A stretch of 64,000 nucleotides of DNA from Haliotis rufescens. Lineage: Eukaryota. The position numbers and the translations under genes were made by a program. Of the stretch, positions 36,601-48,481 are shown piece by piece. The stretch is from positions 17,546,001 through 17,610,000 of the forward strand of contig NW_025963857.1 of assembly GCF_023055435.1 (NCBI RefSeq). The letters run 5' to 3'. The notes beneath the pieces are model-generated. The model searched no databases and was not told the origin of the DNA. It worked only from the letters and a program-made list of their open reading frames with translations. Position 1 is the stretch's first letter, and every line of letters starts with the position of its first letter.

Positions 36601-39600
36601 AACTTTGAAAGAAAACAGGATATGAACACAGGATAAGCTTATCTTAGTAAACACACCTTTACGCTTTCTGTTCGACTTCCTTGTAAGGGGGTTTTCCCTT
36701 TCTTCAATGCTCCTGTACTTCCCAAATGATCCCTGAAATAAGACAGAAACTACATACTACTTTCCTTTAAACAAAAAGGCATGAAAATGAACGGGAAAAT
36801 TGAATTTTTTTACTTCTTTAGCCATTGTTAGTTTAATCGATGCAATGTGTAACAACAGCTGAACCATACGTATCACTTATATCAGTATCCACTTGACCTC
36901 AGTCTGGACAGACAATAGGCTAGGCCATGCATCTTACCTGGCTGTGTTTGTTGAGAGCCAGCTCTACCAAGGAGGGGACGTGACTTCCAACCAGCTGGAG
37001 GCTGTGAACCTCGTCTGTCTTGAACACTGGTAGCAGGGCCTGTAGCACATCAATGGTGTAGAGGAGAAGAGAGGTGAGGGGTTTAACAATGCGTTCAAGA
37101 TTGTTGCACTTATATAGCGACATGCATGCACGAATGTGTGTGTGGGGCTGCTTGTAATATTTTGGACTAATGTTTATTTTATACCATGCCGCAGTTTAAC
37201 ATGAATACCCCACTCAGACACAGTATACTGACTCCAAGCCGTCCAGTCTTTGTTTTAGCCCCTTAATGCCGAGCGCAAGATTGGGTAACAACAAGTACCA
37301 TCTTTTAACGTCATTTGGTATGACACGGCCGGGGATGGAACCCCGGACTTTCCGCTCTCCGGGCGGACGCACTACCTCTAGACCACGGAAGCGGTCCTTT
37401 CCACTTAGGTGAAACCCAATAAATGGGTATGGTGCTGTCAAACCAAGAATCAACAGGGCAAATCTGGGTTTGAAACCTGTGAAGTAGGATACTGGCACAC
37501 CTATTATAGGAAGTGAAGTGCTCAGCAAACTGAGCCCTGTGCAGTCCTAACCCCCCTCCACCAGCTATGTTTGTTTGTTTGTTTTGTTTGTTGTTTAACG
37601 CTGCACAGAGTTTTTGTTTTAGCTCCTTAACTTCGAACACCAGGCAGGGTAACAACAAGTGCAAATTTTAAAGTCTTTTGGTATGACGCAGCTGGGGATC
37701 GAACCCCTGACCTTCTGTTCTCTGGGTAGACTTTCTACCTCTAGACCACAGAGGTGGTCTTTACCACAAGACCACGGAGGCAGTCTCTACTCCCAGACCA
37801 CGGAGGCTGTCTCTACCACTAGACCACGAAGGCCGTCTCTACCACTATATCACAGAGGCGGTCTCTACCACTAGACCACGGAGGCGATCTCTACCACTAG
37901 AAAACGGAGGCTGTCTCTACCACAAGACCACGAAGGCGGTCTCTACCACTAGACAACGGAGGCTGTCTCTACCACAAGACCACGAAGGCGGTCTCTACCA
38001 CTAGACCACGGAGGCGATCTCTACCACTAGACAACGGAGGCTGTCTCTACCACAAGACCACGAAGGCTGTCTCTACCACTAGACCACGAAGGCAGTCTCT
38101 ACCACTAGACAACGGAGGCTGTCTCTATCACTATATCACGGAGGCGGTCTCTACCACTAGACCACGGAGGCGGTCTCTACCACAAGACCACGAAGGTGGT
38201 CTCTACCACTAGACCACGAAAGCAGTCTCTCCCACTAGACAACGGAGGCTGTCTCTATCACTATATCACGGAGGCGGTCTTTACCACTATATCACGGAGG
38301 CGGTCTCTACCACTAGACCACGGAGGCGGTCTCTACCACTAGACAACAGAGGCTGTCTCTACCACAAGACCACTAAGGCGGTCTCTACCACTAGACCACG
38401 AAGGCAGTCTCTACCACTAGACAACGGAGGCTGTCTCTATCACTATATCACGGAGGCGGTCTCTACCACTAGACCACGGAGGCGGTCTCTACCACTAGAC
38501 CACTGAGGTCTCTACCACTAGACAACGAAGGCGGTCTCTACCACTAGACCACGGTGGCTGTCTCTACCAATAGACCACGGTGGCTGTCTCTACCAATAGA
38601 CCATGGAAGCTGTCTCTACCACTAGACCATGGAGGCTGTCTCTACCACTAGACCACGGAGGCGGTCTCTACCACTAGACCACGGAGGCGGTCTCTACCAC
38701 TAGACCACGGTGGCTGTCTCTACCAATAGACCACGGTGGCTGTCTCTACCAATAGACCATGGAAGCTGTCTCTACCACTAGACCATGGAGGCTGTCTCTA
38801 CCAATAGACCATGGAAGCTGTCTCTACCACTAGACCACGGAGGCGGTCTCTACCACTAGACCACGAAGGCGGTATCTACCATTAGACCACGGAGGCGGTC
38901 TCTACCACTAGAACACAGAGGCGGTCTCTACCACTAGACCATGGAGGCGGTCTTTACCACTAGACCACGAAGGCAGTCTCTACCACTAGACCACGGAGGT
39001 TGTCTCTACCTCGACAACACAGAGGTGGTCTCTACCACTTGACCACGGAGGCGGTCTTAACCTCTAGACCACAGAGGTGGTCTCTACCACTAGACCACGG
39101 AGGCGGTCTCTACCACTAGACCTCGAAGGCGACTACTACTAGACCATGGAGGTGGTCTCTACCACTAGACCATGGAGGCGGTCTTTACCATTAGACCACG
39201 GAGGCGGTCTCTACCACTAGAACACAGAGGCGGTCTCTACCACTAGACCATGGAGGCGGTCTTTACCATTAGACCATGGAGGCGGTCTCTACAACTAGAC
39301 CATGGAGGTGGTTTCTACCACTAGACCATGGAGGCGGTCTTTACCATTAGACCACGGAGGCGGTCTCTACCACTAGAACACAGAGGCGGTCTCTACCACT
39401 AGACCATGGAGGCGGTCTTTACCATTAGACCATGGAGGCGGTCTCTACAACTAGACCATGGAGGTGGTTTCTACCACTAGACCATGGAGGCGGTCTTTAC
39501 CATTAGACCACGGAGGTGGTCTCTACCACTAGAACACAGAGGCGGTCTCTACCACTAGACCATGGAGGCGGTCTTTACCATTAGACCATGGAGGCGGTCT

Positions 39601-42600
39601 CTACCACTAGACCATGGAGGCGGTCTTTACCATTAGACCACGGAGGCGGTCTCTACCACTAGAACACAGAGGCGGTCTCTACCACTAGGCCCCATAGGCG
39701 ATCTAATGGCGGAGTTTATAGAGGAGAAAAAGATGGAAAGGACAGCAATGGTCTTGGGTGAAGAGAAAAGTTGTTTCGCTCTCAGATCACACTTTTTATA
39801 TGGACCATCGCTGCTGTCATGTGACCTTGATGAAATATCACCTATCACATTACTACCTGTCTCCCAAGCTTAATTGTTTTTGGTATTTGGAGGTTTCTGA
39901 AGGTTTCTGAAGGAAAAGTGGGGAGGCATGTCTGGTCCTTAGTCCTTAAGTGGGTCCTTAGACGTAGAAATGCAGGATAAGTATACTTATCCTGCATTAC
40001 TCCTTAATGCATCTGTATCAGATGGTATGGAGGCGGGAATACCTTCAGATGTCTAGGAAAAAAAACTCGATAACTCACACCCAAAAGAAGACACATGTTT
40101 TCCAATTAACCGTAAGGCGGGAAAAGCATAAAAACACCGTAACTGTTGGGTAAGTTCAATCTTATTTACAGACGGAACATAAGAATTGAGAGAACTGTGT
40201 ACACACATGGTAATAACGGATGATAGCGAAAGCTAAAATCTTTCCCAACTGTATTACCGAGCCAAAGCTGATAGAAGCAATTCTTTTCACTGGGAGTGGC
40301 TTAGACAATACCGCGCAGGAGGGAAACTGGCTCCAGATAGGATGACTTCATTATTTGCGTCGGTGGTTGGTTACCTGCGCCATCCTTCGTCTTCAAGAGC
40401 CACATCTCAAAGATAATGACTTGCGAAAACTGTGTCGGACCTCCAAAAATGCTGACAGAACAGTTACTATGTAAAGCCATGGTAGAGGCTACCGCTCTGA
40501 TTTTGTGAAAATTATTCGCTCTTGGAGCATCAAGTTTGGCGATATCGTAAGCCTGTTGGATGACTGTGTGTAACCATAGAGATATGGTTTTGCAAGGAAC
40601 TTCGGTCATGGATGTATGGCATACAAGGATGAAAAACTAGTTTTTGAGTGGCGGATGAAAACTCGTAGCGAACAGGGCACAAGATGAGTTCACCATCATC
40701 TTCAACTCCTACAGTCGTCGAAATTGGTGGAAAAGTGAAGGAACAATCGTGTTGGCCTTGTAGTTGATTTTTCGCTATAAAATGCCAGCACAACCCGAGA
40801 TGTACTGCTCCCTGCATGCCATGTTCAAACCAGACGGGTGACGTTAAGTGTGTGTGACTGAGGTCATAAAATTAGGATGCGTTGAAAGACTTGAAGGGCG
40901 CCCCTCGCAAACCTCAAAGTACCGCATTCAATTCCCAAGCAGGGGGACAGAATTTTGTCTTCTGGTCCTCAAGCCTAAAAGAGCGTAGTATGGCCTGTAG
41001 TTGCGGAACCTTGGTCACCTTACAATTCTCCAGAACGGCCAATACTGAATTGAGCGCAACCAAGTACGGAGTAATGGTGCTACCCTTTAAGTCTCTTTTG
41101 GTATGCAAGTGTAAGAGGTGTTCGGCTAAGAGTTGTGGTGACATGGGATCTTGATTTTTTGGCCTTGCAAATGGTTCTAAAAGATCACCACTTGTAATCG
41201 TATAAACCCCTGGTAGAGAGACGATGCACTAATGCAATAGCTTTGGCAGCTCTTAGCACTTTAAGCCTTTTTAAGACGAACCAAGTGTGCAGATGAAATC
41301 TGCCTGGCCTTGGGTGAGGCAATTTGCTGTGAGGGTGGATGAGTATATTGGACCACTGAGGGAGGGGTAGAGGATCATTTTCTGCAAGATTTCTGAGGTC
41401 AACAACACCCCCTTCGTCGGCCACCACGGCGCATCCAAGTCAGAGAAAGGTTCCTTGTCTGTTTGATCATTTGTATAACTCTGGGAAGTAGAATAGGTGG
41501 CGGAAAAGAGTACGCTCTCAGCCCTACCCAGGGGATGCTGAATGCGTCCACTGCCCAAGCCTGCGGATCCGGTAATGGGGAGACATACTAGGGCTGGGAT
41601 GAGTCCAAATTTACTACCCGGGTACCCACCCCCTTATTACCCGACCCTACCTTGGTACCCGCTGTTGGTCTCAAGAGGTAGGTACAAACTGTCCGATTGG
41701 GAAAAGTTTGACCGTAGCTCTGGTAAAATCATTAAATGTGTTTAGATACATGTATGAACCGATCTGGTGTATACGCTGAAGCTGACTGCAGTTTTAATTA
41801 TATTCAAGCATATAAAAGTCAGAAGGAATGGGCATAGTAGTCAGAAAGAACTGCGAACATTAGTTTAAACATAGAGTTTTAGATACTTTTTGTTATTAAA
41901 CAATATATCACGTGATGAAGCACGGGTCTGGGTAGTCCTGTGGGTACCCAGGTCCTACTCAGTACCCACCCGACCCGAGTACCTGGGTTACCCGTCCCAG
42001 ACCTAAGACATACGTCTTAATCTTACCTCAATGAAGTTGTCTTCATCTTTAGCCTTGATCCTGGAGATGACTACAAACTGGGTCTTGGGGTAGTGCACCA
42101 TGTAGATGACATCGTTAGGCTTGTACACCGTGGGGTGCTTCACATCTACGATGTGAACACGACTCCAGAGGGCGCCACCAAACATGTTCACATTCACATG
42201 CTGTCAACAGAATGCATATGTTACTGGCCACAAACAACAGCCATTGTTAAAATTCCAATTGTCTATATGCTAACAGTCCATTACGAAATATATGAGAAAA
42301 AAACGTGTCATGATTCACAGTATGTTTGTGCATTGAGAATTTGAATTTGACGATATGATACACGATAAACAATGATTCAAGGTTTAATTCTGTATTGATT
42401 TCAATATTTACTTATCTTAATATTTACTCATTTTGGCAATTAACCAATATCTACTCAGGTCATCATTGTCTTAATGACCATCATAAAACAATGAGTGTGA
42501 GTGAGTGAGTTGGGTTTAACGCCGCTTTTAACAGTATTCCAGTTATATCGCGGCGTGTCAGCTTAATGTGGGAGGAAAGCCCGAAAGGGATGCAAGTCTC

Positions 42601-45600
42601 TGACGTTTACCACTTCGGTGAAAGCCACGAGCACAGGTATGGTGCTGACAAACCTAAAAACATAATCAAGGCGAACTGGGATTCGAACCCACAATCATAG
42701 GTTTCTGGTGCGCCCAAGGTACGCATCTCTGCACACCCTAGACAACTGGGCCACCCGTGCCCCCCATGAAACAATGAGACGATCTGATCCGATAATAGCA
42801 AACACTGCTAGAAGAGACCAAGATTACATTAGTATAAACAAATCATGCAAGTTGACACAAACTTTGATCACTTTGTAAAATAACATGGTTCAAGGGCAGT
42901 AACTGTATATGCTAAAAATCTAAAAACATGTAGCTGTAGCAAGGGAATTAACTCTGGAAAACAATAACTTACAGGACCAATTTTCGAACTCAGTCATGAC
43001 AAGTATCTCTCAGATACCGGTAAGCATGCAAACTTTCATTCATGTAATTTCAGTAGTTTCTGTGTAAAGTTATCCCACTGCAGTCACTTTGAAAAGCACA
43101 GAGCAAGGGCCATAACTCTGTAAAATATGAGTGAGTGAGTGAGTAAGTGAGTATGGTTTTATGCCACTTTTAGCAAAATTCCAGCAATATCATGGCAGGG
43201 GACACCAGAAATGGGCCTCACACATTGTACCCATTTCGGCAATCGAACCCGGGTCGTCAGCGTGACGAGCGAACGCTTTAATGACCAGGCTACCTGACCG
43301 CCCCTCTGTAAAATATGAATTAAAGACACCAATATTCCAGCTCATTGAAGGTCATGACCAGTAATATCAGTGTGTAAATTTCATTTCTCTAACTTATATA
43401 GTTTTTTGAGAAAATGTGTCCCCTTTGAGAAGTGGACGGACGGAAATAGGAAGGACAGACAGATAGACGAACTCCATTTCGGTGGAGCAGGGGATAAAAA
43501 TAATTTGTTGTCCCCATACCACTTATTATATGAAGGGGTTCTGCTATGTTTAGCGTGTTTAGGGTAGGTGTGCTTCAATTATTTTCAAAACTATGGAGTA
43601 ACAGTGTTTGGAATGTACTTCCATGACATACTTGTCTGATATCAGTTTAACCACAACTCACCACGTCATCGAAGTACAGTTTCATTTTGGACACAATCAG
43701 CTTCCTGAATGCATTTGGACTGGAGATGAAATGGACCTTATCTGAAAACCACAGAACCAAATTCTTCATTCCCAAAGTTCAGGGCATCATACGGTCATGC
43801 GTCATACATTATGCAGAGATAGAAACTAACCATTGCTAACTGTTTCAGTCTACTAGTCCTTATAATGATAAGTTTATAACATATACCAAAACCCTTAAAA
43901 ACAGCAAATTTCTACCAGTCCTTATGATACCTTAATTATTGGGCAGTTTGGCAAGGACTTCAGGTCTAGTGCCAATATCTGATGCTGTTATGGTGTGCAT
44001 TTTGAAAACCTGGTCTAGAAAGTCTAGACAATACCCTGGCTTCTGTGTGAATTGAAAAGTTTCAAACAGTGCTTTTAAAATGAATGTAAATAATGCTGAT
44101 CTCTATGATCAAAGGACAGTACCTTGACCTCGGAGTTCGCAAACACTCCATTTTCTACTCTCTGAATGGATCTGGCTGTCTGAAATGATATGAATGATGT
44201 ATAAGACATGATGAAAATCCAAGTTGTCAAGCAGCCTACTTCTTATCAGACCCAGACCTGTGTTTGTTATTTAATGCCATATTCCAGCTTCAATGACCAG
44301 ACAGGACGGTCGGGTAGCCTAGTGGGTAACGTGTTCACTCATCACGCCGAAGACCTGGGTTTGATTTTCGACACATGCACAATGTCTGAAGCCCATATCT
44401 GGTGTCTGATATTGCTGGAATATTGCTAAAAGCGGCGTAAAACCATACCCACTCATCACTCATGACCAGACAATCCACTCCATGGGGATACGAAGCTAGG
44501 CAACAAACAAAGTCACAAAGTCTGATGACCCAATCCATTTAGTCACTGCTTACAACCAGCACAGGTCAAGGATCCCCATTGGGGATCAGACACTGGCATC
44601 AGAATAATCATTTATATTATGCCTCAAAGTAAGATTGACCAATCAGACAGCAGAACTACTGACCCCACATGAGCCTGTGTACCGTCAGTAAAAATCCAAG
44701 ATGGTTGTTACTGATCCATTATGAGACTATACCATCAGCAACAGCCATCATGAGACCGTATACCATCAGCAACAGCCATCATGAGACCGTATATCGTCAG
44801 CAACAGCCATCATGAGACCGTATACCGTCAGCAACAGCCATCATGAGACCGTATATCGTCAGCAACAGCCATCATGAGACCGTATACCGTCAGCAACAGC
44901 TATCATGAGACCGTATATCGTCAGCAACAGCCATCATGACACCATATACCATCAGCAACAGCCATCATGAGACTGTATACCGTCAGCAACAGCCATCATG
45001 AGATTGTATACCGTCAGCAACAGCGATCTGTCCCGTGAAGATCCAGGGTAGAATAGGTCTTCAGCAACCCATGCTTGCCGTAAAAGGTGACTATGCTTTT
45101 CGTAAGAGGTGACTAACGGGATTGGGTGGTCAGGCTCGCTGACTTGGTTAATGCATGTCAATCACTGGATGTATTATATTTGTTTTTGATTTGTTCATAT
45201 CAAACAGCCAAAAATGATACAAGGATTCATTAGAAACTATAGCTTTATCATGTTTAATACAGTTTTAATTTTGAACAAACATTACATACTATGTACATGA
45301 TGTATAGTCAGCATGGTTAGATAGTCTGTCTTACCATGCTTACAGACCCTGATACAAATATATATCAAATACAGCCCATGCAAGTCTATAATGTTTGGAA
45401 AGTCTGAAAATGAAGAGAGTCTCTGGGCTCACTTTTAATATATTTTTTATTAAGATAATTGAACAACTGTTTTTTTCTGTTCGAACTGTTCATTTCAGAG
45501 ACTAGATGTTAGTCTAATGGTTAGGCTGATGTCAGAGATTGTACTTACAGATGAGATCAAGATCTCCAGCAGCCTGAATGTCAACATCTTCTTCCTGCAA

Positions 45601-47217
45601 ATTGATAAGCTGATTATGTTACAAGCTAATCAAGCTTATTGTTATGTGAATGACTATTGCTGATTGAAACTACATAATATGTCAACATGATACACTGATC
45701 ACATTTAAGTGTTCCCATTTTCTCTGAACAAGTAGAGAAATACTTATAACGAAATTCATACACAAAAATATGCTGGCTAAAAGGTAGGGCTTGGGAGATA
45801 CACCAACAGTACGATCCGATAACTACTACAATACTATGCTCATGATCCAACACGTATCTTGACACTTGCATGAACTCTTATCAGTGGTGCCTAAGCCATC
45901 TTTTTCATAAACCAAATACCTGGCACACTGATTATTTACAGTTGTGTCAAGTATGGCTTAGTGTATGTACATTTTCACAAATAATTAGTGTTTGGTGCAA
46001 AAATTATGAAAGAAAATGTTTACGGCAAGAATAGATATGTTTTGCTTTGTGGGCGACTATGATCGATACTTGTATTGAGAAGTAAAAAAATCACAATACA
46101 TAGATGTATCAGTGTATTGTCCCACTGCCACTAAAAAGACCCCTTGACATGATGAGCCCATATCTTGATGGCAGAAATGGCCCCAAATAGGTGAAAACAG
46201 ACCAGTTAAAAAAAGACAACAAAATTGAAAATGAGGTGTTTAATTATGTTAACGGTAGTCAATATTTCAACTAGTGATCATGGTAATAAAAATAGCATAA
46301 ATCATAAGACCATATTAAAAACAAAATCGACAAATGTTACAAATACTACATTATAAAAAGCTAAATTATACAGAGATCATTAGTGGAATGTTTTTTCATA
46401 TAATATATATCATATGTTAGGAATAAAAATTGTATTGTGTTGAGGTGAAATGATACATCGATGCATTTATGGCATAAATCGTATACCGTAGATGTAAAAA
46501 ATGCATATGATCATTATGAACGAGTCAAATGCATGTATATTATGTTGAGTTGACAGGGACAGACACCATTTGTCATATGAAACTCGTCCTCAGCGCATTT
46601 CAGAATAGTGGTTTATGTAGAATAACTGTTTCAATAGTCACTGGTCTCGGACTAACAGACTCATGGCCTAAGCCTGGTTGACTTCAGGGACAGAAAATGG
46701 CACTAGTGCTATAGGTCTAGACCTTGCCAAATCAAAGGACGAGTGAAAAGTTGCCATTTTAAAAGGGTTTTGCTATACGAAAGTATTATAAGGATTAGTG
46801 GATTAGATATGTTAGTTTTTATCGCTGTTATGTATTATATAACACATTACTATTCCGATATGTTTCTTTTGCAACAACGTGACACAAGCCTGAAATTTGA
46901 TTACTGCGTAAAAAAAAGTTAAACCGACTGGCTTCATTTTGGGAAGGTAATGCAAAATTCTTGAATCATTCAGCAGTTCGAATGTTATGGTAAAAACATG
47001 GTATTTTGTCACAAATTATGTCTTAACAAATGGATGTAAAAAGCAAACAACGCACTTGACAACTTTCGTAAACATCTTCTGCAATCCGAATTTTGGGTTT
47101 CTTGAGGTTTATCTGTTGCAGAGTTACTTCGGGGAGAAAATTCCACTTCCTACAAGTATCAATAATGTCATTTTTGGTACATCGACAAATAACTCGAAAG
47201 ATTATCTGTTTATCCAT
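30638..47217 (-). CDS. CENPN: Centromere protein N, 355 aa; complement(join(30638..30871,31655..31791,36657..36732,36938..37039,42027..42200,43662..43741,44123..44179,45549..45594,47056..47217))
   Basis: Nine GT-AG exons, all phase-compatible, 1068 nt in total. N-terminus MDKQIIFRVICRC...KWNFLPEVTLQQINL; LDLIY..H...KW; TFGSADQPTLEKLEYK; C-terminus RPFRCRIKFEGPSVLEGVRNLGKAGLASLPLPSHL...KNFFVIRDK, recognised against recalled vertebrate CENP-N. Confidence 0.93.
30966..31073. mobile_element. ~110-bp hairpin MITE (cccacttgcacaaagcgatcttag TIR)
   Basis: Terminal inverted repeats; copies at ~480-508 (partial), 28413-28520, 52678-52790. Confidence 0.75.
31808..33468. repeat. Compound minisatellite catcacagcaggag(aaac)n, ~55-60 units, containing three copies of a 63-bp SINE-C tail (31888-31950, 32017-32079, 32545-32607)
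   Basis: Direct observation; lies in CENP-N intron 7 next to the exon 8 acceptor. Confidence 0.95.
33560..34210 (-). mobile_element. Decayed Tc1/mariner transposase remnant
   Basis: VLNADEIKVCL..DGRKRIW...ATILDHDQYGG resembles the Tc1 VLFTDES..DGR.RVW...D.YGG motifs. Confidence 0.7.
37735..39688 (-). repeat. 26-bp minisatellite equal to the first 26 nt of SINE family C (GACCGCCTCCGTGGTCTAGTGGTAGA), ~75 copies
   Basis: Unit identical to 57508-57533 on the opposite strand; array is continuous with a SINE-C body at 37610-37760. Confidence 0.95.
39900..41588 (-). mobile_element. Decayed DIRS-type tyrosine-recombinase retrotransposon (3' part)
   Basis: YVSPLPDPQAWAVDAFSIPW and PWWP (DIRS pol C-terminal region); PPAWELNAVL, LCPVR, ISLWLHTVIQQAY and HKIRAVAS (YR HxxR); multiple frameshifts. 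Confidence 0.85.
41589..42005. mobile_element. hAT-like MITE
   Basis: TIR tagggctggga.../...tcccagaccta; 8-bp TSD agacatac at 41581-41588 and 42006-42013. Confidence 0.88.
43814..43987. mobile_element. MITE with CAG...CTG ends and 5-bp TSD
   Basis: TSD ttatg; sister copies 48160-48311 (TSD gacca) and 60555-60711 (TSD ataac). Confidence 0.85.
44718..45024. repeat. 31-bp minisatellite (cagcaacagccatcatgagaccgtataccgt), ~9-10 copies
   Basis: Direct tandem repeats. Confidence 0.93.
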
Positions 47218-47420
47218 TAGTATGACGTGTCGGGTAATCTATAAAATATCTTGAACATGTTAGATCAGCCTGTAGTTTCTAAAAGATTCTAAAAGAAATC
47301 GTTGAAATCGGCGCCGCAGTGTTTACAACAAAAACTGATGACGTATCGTGGCAAGCACTTTACCGGATATGGAATGACGTTTCAAGCCAACTGCACAGGA
47401 AGTGTTTGTCTGCTATTTAT
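47218..47420. promoter_or_regulatory. Probable bidirectional promoter of CENPN and CMC2, including a likely non-coding first CMC2 exon ending at the donor at 47421
   Basis: Lies between divergent genes; three TGACGT half-CRE sites (47223, 47339, 47375), ETS-like CAGGAAGT (47396), GGCGCC, donor TAT|gtaaga. Confidence 0.55.
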
Positions 47421-48481
47421 GTAAGAACGTGCATGCTTTTATCTTGTTTGTGGTGATAACGGTTTTATATTTAATTGGGATGATTAAGCCCGTGATTATG
47501 CTTTATTCGGGGACCATCATCCTAAAAGCCTGCAAACCGGGTCCGATAATTTGCAGGGAACACAGGCTTTACCCACAAATATCAGATTATGTGTAAAGGT
47601 CTTTACTCGGGTTTGGTCACTTGTCTTTGACTTTGGATTTTTGAGGTTTTTGTTTCCAGAAAAGTAATCATTCTAATTTCAATCGAACATAAGTTAGAAA
47701 AACCTTTAGTTTGTCCCATATTAGCTGATACTAGATAATTCATAGTGTATGTTGCAACAACCAGCAAGGAGCCTCATTAAATCATTATCTGCATGTTAAG
47801 AGATATGTTGTCATTAACTTCAGTTGGCCTGGGCTATTTACGAAATGTTTGTTTATCATGTTTATTAACACCACATACAGCAATATTCCAGCTATATGAT
47901 GATAGCCTGTAAATAATCAAGTCTAGACCGGACAATCCAGTGAACGATATCCCATGCATGAGGGTATGGTGGCATATACAATCACCAGAATTACTCATGG
48001 AAGAGCATCTAAGTGACCATGACCAAGTTACATACTTTTGTAACATATGACTTCATTCAAATTGTTTCAGTTCAGTTACGTGAACTCGAAGATGGACTAG
48101 GCTTTTGCCAGTTGGCCAGCCCGGCATGTTTGCCGTTGACTTGAATTGGCAACAGACCACAGTGGTAGAAACAGTTTCAGTCCCCTAGTCCTTATAATTA
48201 TAACATATAGTAAAACCCTTAAAAGTTGCACATTTCGAGTAGTCCTTATGATACCTCCACTATTGGGCAGTATGGCAAGGATTACAGGACTTGTGCCAAT
48301 TTCTAATGCTGGACCATAGAACACCTGAACACATGTCCCCTAGGTGGCTATACTGTGGTCATATACGCCTCAGACCCTAACTCATTTTAGCGATTAGACA
48401 CCAGGGGCTCTAATCTATACATATCCTGTATTTAGTATATTAATTGTTGTTTCAGCAGGAGCCAATAATTCAAGTGTTGAG

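Noticed and set aside
37735-39688. CRISPR-like regular array
   Set aside because: Units are head-to-tail with no unique spacers, derive from a SINE head, and the context is eukaryotic with no cas genes
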